The notes under the pieces are model-generated. The model was given only the letters and a program-made list of their open reading frames with translations, was not told where the DNA came from and did not search any database. From NCBI RefSeq assembly GCF_006345805.1, contig NC_043006.1:75144001-75208000 (forward strand): DNA of 64,000 nucleotides, in the 5' to 3' direction. The position numbers and the translations under genes were made by a program. The DNA comes from Octopus sinensis (taxonomy: Eukaryota). Below are positions 1 through 12,797 of the stretch, one piece after another (position 1 is the first letter of the stretch; the number at the start of each line of letters is the position of its first letter).

Positions 1-61
1 CTATCCTCCTCCTCCAAATTTCAGGTCTTGTGCCTTTAGTAGAAAGGATTATTGTTATTAT

Positions 62-590
62 TGAGCCATTAAAGTAACTCTGGGGTAAAATATACGAAGC
101 CCAGTATACCCACCATGACTACCCGTCCAATAAGGGTACACCAGGCCTATGCATTACAACTATATATGTGCAACATGGTGATCTCATATCAAGATAAACA
201 GTACATGACCTTGCAGATGGAGTCCAGTTAGAATTTTCTTCTGGTTGAGTAGCCCTTCCTGCTCAAAAGGTCCCTAAATAAGGGATGTTTAAGGATGTTG
301 AACGAAACACCCATGTTTCCAGAGGTGAATTATTCGAACACCAAAGAATTCCTTTGAACACATGGGCATGATGCTCACCCACCTCTCTTGCTCATGGTCA
401 GAGATGCACCAAGAGACATGCTCAATTGGTTAAGGTTAAACAACCGACAAGCAAATCTGTAGCACTGAGCAGAATATTTGCTGCAGCCCATCTTTTATAT
501 CAAGACAAAACAATGTGCATGATAACACTTCCAATCAGATAAGACCAGAAGCCATGAGAGCCACTGCCTGGTACTGCATTAGGGCAATTA
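62..590 (+). mobile_element. Retroposon segment 'family H' (no tRNA head of its own), ending in a trinucleotide tail
   Basis: Aligns along its length with 2968-3521. Ends ...ACTGCCTGGTACTGCATTAGGGCA followed by (ATT/ACT)n. Preceded by an A2 SINE tail (1-60). Confidence 0.7.
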
Positions 591-591
591 T

Positions 592-654
<63 letters not shown>

Positions 655-663
655 CACCACACC

Positions 664-698
<35 letters not shown>

Positions 699-706
699 CA
701 CTACCA

Positions 707-742
<36 letters not shown>

Positions 743-762
743 TTATTATTATTATTATTATT
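591..762. repeat. Compound microsatellite (ACT)n/(CCA)n/(ATT)n
   Basis: Directly visible; accounts for the poly-T/P/L ORFs. Confidence 0.95.
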
Positions 763-938
763 AGGTAGAATTGTTAATGCATTGGAGAAAAATCTTTGTG
801 TCATTTCTTCCAGCATTTTATGTTCTGTGTTCAAATTCTGCTGAGATCATTTTTGCATGTCATAATTTTAGAGCACCAGTTATGGCACATGACAGAAAAT
901 CTATCTTTATATATATTCTTTTCATACAGAGTATATCT

Positions 939-2166
939 CAGATTCAACATTACCTAATGTGTCGTTTCTTTTTCTGAAGACTACTGTGTGAATCGAGAGC
1001 AGTTTCGCTGCTATTTCTAGCAGGTTACATGACTGCAAAGCCACGCCCTTATTGGTTCAAATTTACATATTTTTGTCGTCAATTTTGTAAGTCAATACTT
1101 TTAATTGAGTTCCTTCAAGTTCTTTATTTGTTCATTTATTTATCTATTTTCTGAATCCAGAATTCTGGGGTTAAATTATTTCCACAGATTCAACATTACC
1201 TAATGTGTCGTTTCTTTTTCTGAAGACTACTGTGTGAATCGAGAGCAGTTTCGCTGCTATTTCTAGCAGGTTACATGACTGCAAAGCCACGCCCTTATTG
1301 GTTCAAATTTACATATTTTTGTCGTCAATTTTGTAAGTCAATACTTTTATTGAGTTCCTTCAAGTTCTTTATTTGTTCATTTATTTATCTATTTTCTGAA
1401 TCCAGAATTCTGGGGTTAAATTATTTCCACAGATTCAACATTACCTAATGTGTCGTTTCTTTTTCTGAAGACTACTGTGTGAATCGAGAGCAGTTTCGCT
1501 GCTATTTCTAGCAGGTTACATGACTGCAAAGCCACGCCCTTATTGGTTCAAATTTACATATTTTTGTCGTCATTTTGTAAGTCAATACTTTTAATTGAGT
1601 TCCTTCAAGTTCTTTATTTGTTCATTTATTTATCTATTTTCTGAATCCAGAATTCTGGGGTTAAATTATTTCCACAGATTCAACATTACCTAATGTGTCG
1701 TTTCTTTTTCTGAAGACTACTGTGTGAATCGAGAGCAGTTTCGCTGCTATTTCTAGCAGGTTACATGACTGCAAAGCCACGCCCTTATTGGTTCAAATTT
1801 ACATATTTTTGTCGTCAATTTTGTAAGTCAATACTTTTAATTGAGTTCCTTCAAGTTCTTTATTTGTTCATTTATTTATCTATTTTCTGAATCCAGAATT
1901 CTGGGGTTAAATTATTTCCACAGATTCAACATTACCTAATGTGTCGTTTCTTTTTCTGAAGACTACTGTGTGAATCGAGAGCAGTTTCGCTGCTATTTCT
2001 AGCAGGTTACATGACTGCAAAGCCACGCCCTTATTGGTTCAAATTTACATATTTTTGTCGTCAATTTTGTAAGTCAATACTTTTAATTGAGTTCCTTCAA
2101 GCTATTTATTTGTTCATTTATTTATCTATTTTCTGAATCCAGAATTCTGGGGTTAAATTATTTCCA
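939..2166. repeat. Tandem repeat, ~245-bp unit x5
   Basis: Unit start CAGATTCAACATTACC at 939, 1185, 1430, 1675 and 1921; copies nearly identical. Confidence 0.95.
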
Positions 2167-2409
2167 ACTTCTCATATCATCATTCAACCATAATGTTATT
2201 GATTAGGATTATTATCTTTTTCTTTGAACTTAACACATTCTCAGGAGACGTTATTGACTTTTTTTTAATTTATTTATTTTTTTTTTTGTTATTGATCTGC
2301 AGCTCCTGTAAATTCTCTCATTGTTTGATTATTTTGGTATTATATAGTTCTGGTTAGGTAACGGGGGCGACAATCAGGAGATATTTGAACCATCAAGGTG
2401 AAACGGTAC

Positions 2410-2454
<45 letters not shown>

Positions 2455-2741
2455 GCTGCCCCCCACCACCGCAACCATCACCACCACTTCTGCCGTTGCG
2501 ACTGTATTTATTATTATTATTATTAATATTTATGTTCTGAGTTCAAATTCTACCAAGGTCGACTTTGCCTTTCATCTTTTCGGGGTCAATAAAGTACCAG
2601 TTGTGTGCAGGGATTGATCTAATCGACTGGCCCCCAGCTCCTCACAATTTTCGGGCCTTGTGCCTAGTGTAGAAAAGATTATTATTATGATTATTATTAT
2701 TATTATTATTATTATTGCTGCTGCTGCTGCTGCTGCTGCAG

Positions 2742-2966
2742 TAAGCTGACAGTATTGTTAGCATGCTGGATGAAATGCTTAGTGGTATTTCACCCATCTA
2801 TGTTCTGAGTTCAAATTCTGCTGAGGGCATCTTTGCCTTTCATCCTCTTGGGGTTAATAAATTAAGCGCCAGTGAAACATTGGGGTTGATGAAATTGACT
2901 TGTCCCCTCCCCCAAAATTTCATGCCTTGTGCCTATAGTAGAAAGGATTATTATTATCATTATTAT
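2742..2966 (+). mobile_element. tRNA-derived SINE, family A2
   Basis: B-box-like GAGTTCAAATTC, central GCCTTTCATCCT..GGGGT domain, tail CTTGTGCCTATAGTAGAAAGG(ATT)n. A partial A2 copy lies at ~2530-2700. Confidence 0.75.
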
Positions 2967-2967
2967 T

Positions 2968-3521
2968 GAGTGAGAGAGCAGTTCATGCCATCAAAGTGAC
3001 ACTGGGGTAAAATATACGAAGCCCAATATACCCATCATGACTACCCGTCTGATAAGGGTACACTAGACACATGCATCACAACCATATGTGCGCGACATGG
3101 TGCTCTCATATCAAGATAAATGGCATATGACCTTGCAGGTGGGGCCCAGTTAGAATTTTCTTCAGGTTGAGTAGCCCATCCCGCTCAAAAGGTCCCTGAA
3201 TAAGGGTTGTTTAAGGATGTTGAAAGAACCACCCATGTTTCCAGAGGTGAATTATTCAAACCCCAAAGAATCCCTCTCAACACATGGCTATGATGCTCCC
3301 CCACTACTTCTGCTCATGATCAGAGATGCACATATCGTCAGCCACTAAGGGACATGCTCAACTGGTTAAGGTCAAACAACTGACAAGCAAATCTGTGGTA
3401 TTGAGCAGAATATTTGCTGTAGCCCATCTTTTATACCAAGACAAAACAATGTACATGATAACACTTCCAATCAGTTAAGATCAGAAGCCATGAGAGCCAC
3501 TGCCTGGTACTGCATCAGGGC

Positions 3522-3582
<61 letters not shown>
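2968..3582 (+). mobile_element. Family H retroposon segment with (ATT)n tail
   Basis: Second, fuller copy of 62-590. Confidence 0.7.
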
Positions 3583-3583
<1 letters not shown>

Positions 3584-3714
3584 GGGCTCTGAGTTCAAAT
3601 TCTGCTCAGGCCAACTTTGCCTTTCATCCTTTTGGGGTCGATAAAATAAAAGAAACACCAGTTGAGCACTGGGTCAATGTAATCGACTTACCACTCCTCC
3701 AAAAATGTTGGCCT

Positions 3715-4022
3715 TCTGCATCTGTGATGTAGTCCTCATCGTTGGTTTTCTTTATGTTCAGACACTTCCAACATGTGTAGAACAATGAACTTTTTTCACT
3801 AAAAATTTTACACAATGTATCTGTTCTGTCATTAAAGTTTACGTCCGGTTTTCTTGGGAGTACATAATTACTGTATCGTTCATGTTCTGTTGCTGCTGGT
3901 TTTCTCAAGATTAAGCACATTTTCATCTCATCGTCCCAATCTTTACATGTTTTCTCGGAGATTTGCTTGTATCTTCTGTAGTATGCTTCAAAGGTACCTC
4001 CTTTGTCAGGTTCATATTTGAA
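3715..4022 (-). mobile_element. Ty3/Gypsy gag N-terminal fragment (relic)
   Basis: Open frame FKYEPDKGGTFEAYYRRYKQISEKTCKDWDDEMKMCLILRKPAATEHERYSNYVLPRKP...IFSEKSSLFYTCWKCL matches the invertebrate Gypsy gag pattern F.Y.P....TF..W..RY...KL....HERY.N..LP. Flanked by SINEs; no LTR or pol seen. Confidence 0.7.
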
Positions 4023-4117
4023 CTACCACTGCCAACACTACTACTACTACTACTACAACTGTGCCTATAGAAGAAAGGATTATTATTATTATTATTATTA
4101 CTATTGTTATTGTTATA

Positions 4118-4348
4118 GGCAGCGAGCTGGCAGAACCGTTAGCACACTGGGCAAAATACTTAGTGGTATATCATCTGCCACTGTGTTCTTAGTTCAAATT
4201 CCACCTAGGTTGACTTTGCCTTTCATCCTTTCAAGGTTGATTAAATAAGTACCAGTTACACACTGGGGTCGATGTAATCAACTTACCCCCTCCCTTCAAA
4301 TTTCAGGCCTTGTACCTATAGCAGAAAGAATTATTATTATTATTATTA
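4118..4348 (+). mobile_element. SINE family A2
   Basis: GGCAGCGAGCTGGCAGAA head, B box, A2 tail with (ATT)n. Confidence 0.8.
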
Positions 4349-5919
4349 TTGGCAGTGTTTGTGGGGTCGTGTGTTGTAGTAATAATATGTAGTCTTAGTT
4401 GTTTGGTTATATCGAATATTTGGCTAGCTTCATGCATTAGTAAGAGGTCGTTTATTTTTGTTTTTAGGTTTTTAGGTTTTTTCATATATTTAGTAGTTTC
4501 TATATTAGATATTTTTGTCATATTTTCTATAGGATTTGTGTGTTATTAATTTTCTTTGTATCTTATTAAATTTTCATTTGCCAGTACCACCACCACCACC
4601 ACCATCACCACCACCACCACCACCACACCACCACCACCACCACACCACCACCACCACCACACCACCACCACCACTACCATCATCATTACTAAAGGCGGTG
4701 CTCCAGCATGGCCACAGTCAAATAGCTGAAACAAATAAAAGAGTATGTGCACATGCATATGTGTGTGTGTGCATGTCTGTGTGTGTGTGTACATGTGTGT
4801 TACTGTCTCCCTGCCCTGACATCCTGTAACAGTTGTAAATGAGTGTGACCGTCATGCAAGTGGTGTTCTTTTCTAATCTTACATGGAAGCATGTTTGGTC
4901 ATGGGGAAATATTACCTCCCTTGGAAACAGGTGAAGGTTGGCAACAGGAAAGGCATCCAGCTCTAGAAAATTCACCTCAACAAATTGTATCTGGCCCATT
5001 TGGGCATAGAAAATTTGGTGCTCAAATGACGAAGAAAAAAACGATATTCCATTGATTTTTTCTTTTTTTTTTTTTGAGTACCACAAGCAAACTTTGTATA
5101 GTTGCCAGCAAGAATAATGATCATTCAACAATGATATTATTGCAGTTATGTATATTTTAAAGGGTAATACACTGCATTCCCATTGATCGAAGGCTGTCTG
5201 TTCGACATTGGGTTTCAGTTAGGATTTAAGTTGGCTCTTTTGTCTGGCACATAGTAACAGACACATCTTAGCTTTCTGAGCCTTCAGTTGACATACCAGC
5301 TGAGAATTACAATTATAGGGCCTGGTTGTAGGCATGGCTCTGTGGTTAAGAACCATGCTTTGGTTTCAGGTTCAGTCCCACTGTGCAACTCCTTGGGCAA
5401 GTGTTTTTTATTATAGTTCCAGGCTCACTAATGCCTTTTGAGAGAATTTGGTAAGCGGAAACTATGTAGAACCTGTAGTGGTCTACGTAGCTAAATAGTT
5501 GAATGATCTCCCTCGCAAGAAAGATTATAGAGTAACCTCCCTTTACTAAGTTTCTCGAAGCATCTATGTCATGAGACGTGATTCTTAATTATTCAAGTAG
5601 CTTAGTATTTCTCTTGGAAGTTTCTAGAACTTCTAGTGTTCCATTAATAAAAATAGCTTGCTCACCCTGCTCTTCGCTTCTTAGTCAATTAGACTTAGAG
5701 CCATTCACGTCATTGGTATGTCCGTCTATTTTTCAATGCCACATGACTGAAAACCACCACTTAGCTGTTATTTCTACATTTTCTATCTCTGAACTTTCTT
5801 GCATAGATTACTTCATTCAACTAGATTCTACATTTTGATTCTATGTATCATTATCGACCAGTAAATAAAATATATGTTTATGTAGTAAATATATAAGTCT
5901 TGAATTTATTCTTCACTTA

Positions 5920-6087
5920 CACTCTCAGAGTGGTTGGCGTTTGGCGTTTGGAAGGGTATCCAGCTGTAGAAACTCTGCCAGATCAAGATTGGAGCCTGGT
6001 GCAGCCATCTGGTTCGCCAGTCTTCAGTCAAATTGTCCAGCCCATGCTAGCATGGAAAGCAGATATTAAACGATGATGATGATGATC
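5920..6087 (+). mobile_element. 5'-truncated RTE LINE 3' end
   Basis: GGAAGGG.ATCCAGCTGTAGAAAC...CATGCTAGCATGGAAAG..TTAAAC(GAT)n; same family as the 3' end of the LINE at 35765. Confidence 0.8.
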
Positions 6088-6481
6088 TCTTTATGAACTG
6101 TTGTAGTAACACACATGCAGCCACATCAACACTTTGTACTGACTATATATTTCACCACTACAAACCAATCACACACACACGCGTGGGTGTGTGTGATGGG
6201 TTTGTGTGTCCTTTTACCCTCTACTTGACTACTGGTGTTGGTTTGTTTGCCTTCTCATAACTTAGTGGCTTGGCAAAAAGAGTACTGGAGTTGATCTGTT
6301 TGACTAAATCCTTCAAAACGGTGCTGCAGGTGAGTGTTGCTGAGGAACAAGGGAAAGAGCTGTGTTACATGTCTTAGGAGCACTTCAATTATGTAATGGC
6401 TAGTGACAGCACATATCTTATTAAATTTTTAAATACTTGGAGCCACTGGACCAATCCTTCAATTTTTCTATGTGCTGGGAA

Positions 6482-6877
6482 CAGGGCTGTAGAGTCAGAG
6501 TTAGAGTTGTGGAGTCAGAGTTGAAGTCGGAAACAATTAAGGGGTAGCTGGAGTTGGAGTTGGAGTTAGTAAAACTATACCGAGTCTGATTCTGACTCAC
6601 AATGTCTTTATTCTTTAATATAAACAAGTTATAACATATAGGCCCACTGAAAGTACAAGCATATGCATATGTTTTATGAGATGTGTAGATTACAATCACT
6701 TAATTACATAAATTGGAGTCAGAGTCAGAATTGGAGTCAGAGTTGGAATCAGAGTCAGAATTGAAATTGGAGTCAGAGTTGGAATCAGAGTCAGAGTCAG
6801 AGTCGGAGGTGCCAATATCACAGGAGTCAGAGTCAGAGTTCGAGTTGAAGTTTTTTTGTTTTGATTCCACAGCCCTG
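6482..6877. mobile_element. hAT-type MITE with GAGTCA/GAGTTG hexamer repeats
   Basis: TIRs CAGGGCTGT / ACAGCCCTG; exact 8-bp TSD GCTGGGAA (6474-6481 and 6878-6885). Confidence 0.85.
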
Positions 6878-7669
6878 GCTGGGAACCACAATTCACTTTA
6901 TTCTACATGTCTCTTTTAGCTGGGTGGGTGGATTATATCCATTGTCTCAGCTGTTCGTGCTTAGAACTCTAATTAGAAAGTTCAATGATGTTGCTTCTAA
7001 TAGGACTCTACAGAGGAAGTGCCTCAGGACTCTCTGCCCATGGCCCTCCCAGGAATAGTGGGTGGTGAAAATGGACGGATGCATGGTAGACATCGAGGTA
7101 TATTCAGACCTGGCATAGTCAAGTGGTTAAGACGTCTGTTTGCTGTTATGAGGTCCTTGGTTCCATCCCAGAGCATGGTATCTTGGACAAGTTTTGTTTA
7201 TTATAGTGTCAGATAGATGCAAGCCTTGTGAGTGTTGGGTTTGATTTACACCTACAATCAAAAAGCTCAGCCTTATCAAACTGTGCTGTACTGATTCTGC
7301 TTGAGCATTACATTAAGAGTACATGTGCTTTGGAATACTTAGCCATATACACTAATTCAATGAGGAGCTAGTTCTTTTGATCAAGCAACTGATACATAGC
7401 CTTGTTTGTCACTGATTCATTTATCACTGATCCAGGATAACAGGGTAAGCTCAACCATGAACTGTGTTACACTTATTGTGGTTTGTTCTGTGATAACATG
7501 GGTCAGTGATCAGTTGAAGATTCTGTTTGTATAGCAAAAAATGTGTCCCCTTGACCAGAATGCATTGACTATCGCCTGCATTTACGTGATCATGCTGTGG
7601 AGCTCTGTACTCGTAACCATCAACACAAGACCAGGGAATAAGAGGCATATGAAAGTACCTGATCTTAAC

Positions 7670-7898
7670 GGCGAGCTGGCAGAAACGTTAGCATGTCGGG
7701 CGAAGTGCTTAGCGGTATTTTGTCTGCCGCTACGTTCTGAGTTCAAATTCTGCCGAGGTCGACTTTGCCTTTCATCCTTTTGGGGTCGATTAAATAAGTA
7801 CCAGTTACGCACTGGGGTCGATATAATCGACTTAATCCGTTTGTCTGTCCTTATCTGTCCCCTCTGTGTTTAGCCCCTTGTGGGCAATAAAGAAATAG
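7670..7898 (+). mobile_element. Full-length SINE family A1
   Basis: A/B-box-like head; 15-bp TSD GTACCTGATCTTAAC (7655-7669 and 7899-7913). Confidence 0.9.
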
Positions 7899-8272
7899 GT
7901 ACCTGATCTTAACAAACAATACAAACAAGTGTATTTGTAGCAGGAAAAGGTAGAGATAGTCAAGAAGATACACAATGGTAGAAGTTTCTTTACTGTAGGC
8001 CATGAGTTTGGTGTCAAGTAATCTACCATTCATTCAATTTTCACTTTGTTGAGATGATTCGTTTATCACTGATATTTTGAACCTAACCCCTGTGATGAAT
8101 GAGGATAGATCTATACTCATCATTGAAATTTATAGAAAATCCATATATTTTATGTCACCAGGATCTGCCTTAATACTAGAAGTACTGAGCGGTCATTTAT
8201 GACCGCTTTTGCCTTTTACTTTTTAATGCCTACGACCATATTGAATGTGCAGTCATGAGCATCATTTCATGT

Positions 8273-8767
8273 TTTACACTTTTACTTGTTTTAGTCATTT
8301 TGACTGTGGCCATGCTGGAGCACCACCTTTTTAGCCGAAGAAATCTAACCCTAGACTTATTCTTTGTAACCCTGGTACTTATTCTATCGGTTTCTTTTGC
8401 TGAACTGTTATGTTACGGGGACGTAAGCACAGCAACATCAGTTGTCAAGCGATGGTAATGGGACAAACAGACACAAATACATACATACATACATACATAC
8501 ATCATACATACATACATACCTACATACCCACCTACCTACCTACATACCCACATACCTACCTACATACATACACACATACACACACACAGACACACATACA
8601 TACGATGGGCTTCTTTCAGTTTCTATCTACCAAAACCTCTCACAAATCTTTAGTTGGCCCGAGGCTATAGTAGTTGACACTTGCCCAAGGCGCCACGCAG
8701 TGGGACTGAACCTGGAACCATGCAGTTAGGAAGCAAGCTGCTTACCAAACAGCCATTCCTGTGCCTA
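8273..8767 (-). mobile_element. SINE family B (tRNA head, CORE-like start, internal microsatellite)
   Basis: Reverse complement has a tRNA-like head, CCTTGGGCAAGTGTC CORE-like motif and the family B tail. Confidence 0.8.
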
Positions 8768-8849
8768 TGTGTATATATATTTACTTTTTGTATGTACGTA
8801 AAAGCTAACAGACTATATTTTCAAATTCACTGCATTAACTTATATCTTA

Positions 8850-9045
8850 TTTCTTTACTGCCCACAAGGGGCTACACACAGAGGGGACAAACAAAGACAG
8901 ACAAACGGATTAAGTTGATTATATCGACCCCAGTGCGTAACTGGTTCTTATTTAATTGACCTCGAAAGGATGAAAGACAAAGTCAACTTCGGCAGTATTT
9001 GAACTCAGAACATAGCGGCAGATGTGCTAACGTTTCTGCCATAGC
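8850..9045 (-). mobile_element. SINE family A1 (partial)
   Basis: Reverse-complement match to 7670-7898. Confidence 0.75.
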
Positions 9046-9579
9046 TTCTATCTAAAATAAATTGTATTAAATAAAGATTTTCAATGCTGGTCTAAAAGTC
9101 TAAAAGTCCTGATAAAAAGTAAGAAATATTGGTACTTCTAGTGTTAAGAGAGATTTGGCTACCATTTCTAGCAGTCTGAGTGACCACATAAAGGCTCCTT
9201 CAAAAGAAGTGTTTATGATGTTCTGAGCTGTAAAAGAGAATGCCATCATATGTTTTCTTCTCTTTTTATTTATGTATTTTTATATCGAATATTTTTTTGT
9301 TTTGTATTTGTGGTTTTCCTCTTCATTGTTATTTTGGAAATGTATAATTAATTTAGTGTTCTGCTGCACAAAATTGATTTTTTTTTTGCCTTTATCATTT
9401 GTTTTGTGTGTTATTTGATAAGTTTACCAGATCCATTTTTGTTTTTATTTTTTTTTCCTTGTTTTTCTGTTCTGGTGCATTTAATATAAAAGTGGCCATC
9501 CATCCGTCTATCCATCCATCCGTCTATCCATCCAACAGGCAAGCATTTACTTATCAATAATCTATAACCTTTTACTGAT

Positions 9580-10680
9580 ACACACACACACACACACGTA
9601 CACTCACATGTACACATGCACACACATATATATGCACATGCATATATATGTATATAAATAAGTATATGTATAACTATTTATATGAATATATATATGTATG
9701 TATGAATATACATATGTCTATATTTATATATATCCACACACACACACATATATATAAATATATATCTCCACATATTTATATATATCCACACACACACACA
9801 CATATATATATAGTTATAAATGTATATGTATACATATGTATATATATATATGCATACATATATCCATATGTGTGTATATATATCATATATATATATATGC
9901 ATATACCCATGTATACCCATTATATATATATACACTGACACACACACACAAATATAGCTATAAATGTATATGTATACATGTATATATATATATATATGCA
10001 TGCATATATCCATATATATGTATGTATATACATCTATATACGTATATACCCATATATATATACGTGTGTGTGTGTGTGTGTGCATGTGTGTATTTATATG
10101 TATATTGATATTCATACACACACACACACACGTACATACACATACACACTCAGTCATAAGCACACATGCACACACTCACACACACACACACGCAAATATA
10201 CCTATAAATGTATATGTATACATGTATATATATATACGCATGCATATATCCATATATATGTATGTATATACATCTATATACCCATATATTCCCATATATA
10301 TATACGTGTGTGTGTGTGTGCATGTGTGTATTTATATGTATATTGATATTCATACACACACACACTTACATACACATACACACTCAGTCATAAGCACACA
10401 TGCACACACACACGCAAATATACCTATAAATGTATATGTATACATGTATATATATGTATGCATATATCCATATATATATATGTATGTATATACAGCTATA
10501 TACATATATAACCATATATATATACGTGTGTGTGTGTGTGTGCATGTGTGTATTTATATGTATATTGATATTCATACACACACACACTTACATACACATA
10601 CATACTCAGTCATAAGCACACATGCACACACACACACACACACCACACACACACACACCACACACACACACACACACACG
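9580..10680. repeat. Compound TA/CA/TG microsatellite with ~220-250-bp higher-order unit (~3 copies)
   Basis: Anchors CTCAGTCATAAGCAC and CTATAAATGTATATGTATACATG each recur three times. Confidence 0.9.
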
Positions 10681-11811
10681 TATGTGCAGACATTTGAAAT
10701 TCTTGTAGAATCCTTCTGCCATGCTGAAATGTCAGCTGTGTATACAAATAGCGATAAAAGGAAGGAAGGAAGGACATCACTGAGATCCTAGTAAGCCTGT
10801 CTCTGTTCTCTGTTCAATGCTAAGCGAAAAACAGTTCAAACAATTTTCACATTCTTAACACAAGATCTCTGAGTTGATAATAAACTGCTCAACGGCAAAT
10901 AGTTTACTAAAAAAAACCAAAGAAAGCAAAATAAAAAACAAAAAGGACAGACAACAAACCGGAAGCAAAACAATGGTGGACCATCCAATTGTCGGAATTT
11001 TCATGGCCTAACACTCTATATAAATAACATTTGGTCTGCTGCCAAAAATGCTGCCTTCCTCTGTTATTATGCTTCAGTTCTACAAAAGTTCCTGATCTTG
11101 TGAACTAGCTGACTATTCTCTTTTTCCTTTGTAAACACAATCAATGCTTTCTCAACTGTTGTTGCTCTCACTGAGTCCACTTTCCCTGCTTCTGCTGCGG
11201 TCGCCATCCAGCGTCACTAAATGAGCCAATAAGACAGTGCTTACATGGTCATTCAAATTGCTAGAAATAGCAACCAAATCGTCCTCATCTCTCACTTTAG
11301 AATCTTAAAATAAGGATACATTTGATTTGCTTACTTTAGTTCTTCATTCCCTATTGAGCATAGGCCATCATCAATGTTACTTCACTGTTTTTAGCTCTGG
11401 GACTGTCTTTTCAGTTTTGTCCCCGAAGGAAAACTTTCCTACCAATGTCTTGTAGGATATGAAGTATCATCGATGCTTCTGTACCTTAGCTTTTTTATCT
11501 AGGTAATGATGGTGACCCTATGCAAACCCATTTTTACCTCTTGGACAGGGTAGTCTATATTAGTTTGGCTTCTATATTTCGACCTACCCAGCATGGGAGG
11601 TCCTATCAGGAGCTTGTACTCTCAAGTTCATTTAGGGTCTCAACCCACCATATTACAATAATGACTGGACCTTGTGGTGGATACATTGGACTCAACCTTA
11701 TTTTATTGAGCCAGGGCTGCTCGACCTGTTAGAAATAACAACCAAATCTTCCTTAATCCTTTAGTGTTCAGATTAATCTGTCAATCTTAATGCTTATGCA
11801 TACTCTCTTTT

Positions 11812-12210
11812 TACTCTTTTATTTGGTTCAATCATCTGACTGTGGTCATGCTGGAGCACCGCCTTTAGTCGAGCAAATCGACTCTAGGACTTATTCTTTG
11901 TAAGCCTAGTACTTATTCTATCGGTCTCTTTTGCTGAACTGCTAATGTTACGGGGTCGTAAACACACCAGCATCGGTCATCAAGCGATGTTGGGGAGAAC
12001 AAACACAGACACACACACACATACATATATATACATACATTTATACGACGGGCTTCTTTTCAGTTTCTGTTGACCTAATTCATTCACAAATCTTTGGTTG
12101 GCTCAAGGCTTTAGTAGAAGACACTTGCCCAAGGTGCCACGCAGTGGGACTGAACTTGGAACCATGTGATTGGTAAGCAAGCTACTTACCACACATCCAC
12201 TCCTGTGCAT
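11812..12210 (-). mobile_element. Full-length SINE family B
   Basis: Reverse-complement match to 56935-57329. Confidence 0.85.
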
Positions 12211-12759
12211 TATTTTGAATTAATCAGGCCTTGTCCTGTAGCATAGGGATTTCGATGGTGTGATTGTTTATTTCTAGAGTGACAATGTAGGATAGGTGTG
12301 AGAGGCTTGATCTGGCCAGTTTGAACACAAATAAGTAGAATATTTTGGAGCCAGAATATGGCCTGTTTAAATGCTAAAGGGTTAAATCTCACTTCAACAC
12401 CATAGAAGAAGAAGGACACATTGAACTTAGTTAAATGTATTTTATCAAACCAATAAGTGAGTGACTATATATGGTTGTATTAAACTGCTAGATATAGAAA
12501 ATAGCAGCCAATTCTTCCTCAATTCCCACTTAAGCATTTTAGTAAAGAAGCATGTATTGGACCCAGTGAAGTATATTTTATTGAGCCAGTGAGAGCCACT
12601 AAGTAGTTGCATTAGCTTGCTAAAAAGAACAGCCAAATCTTTCTCAGATCACATTTTAGCATCCTAGAAAAGGACACTTTGGACCCAGTTAAACTTATTT
12701 TACTGAGAGTCAAGGAGAGAGAGAGAGAGAAGGGGAATAGGTAGACAGAGAGAGAGGGA

Positions 12760-12797
<38 letters not shown>

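Noticed and set aside
939-2166. CRISPR-like array (also considered for 39684-42270 and the RTE hairpin units)
   Set aside because: Whole units repeat with no unique spacers; eukaryotic context; no cas genes.
6696-6919. ESESEL / SDSDS repeat protein
   Set aside because: It is the internal hexamer repeat of a hAT MITE with TIRs and an 8-bp TSD.
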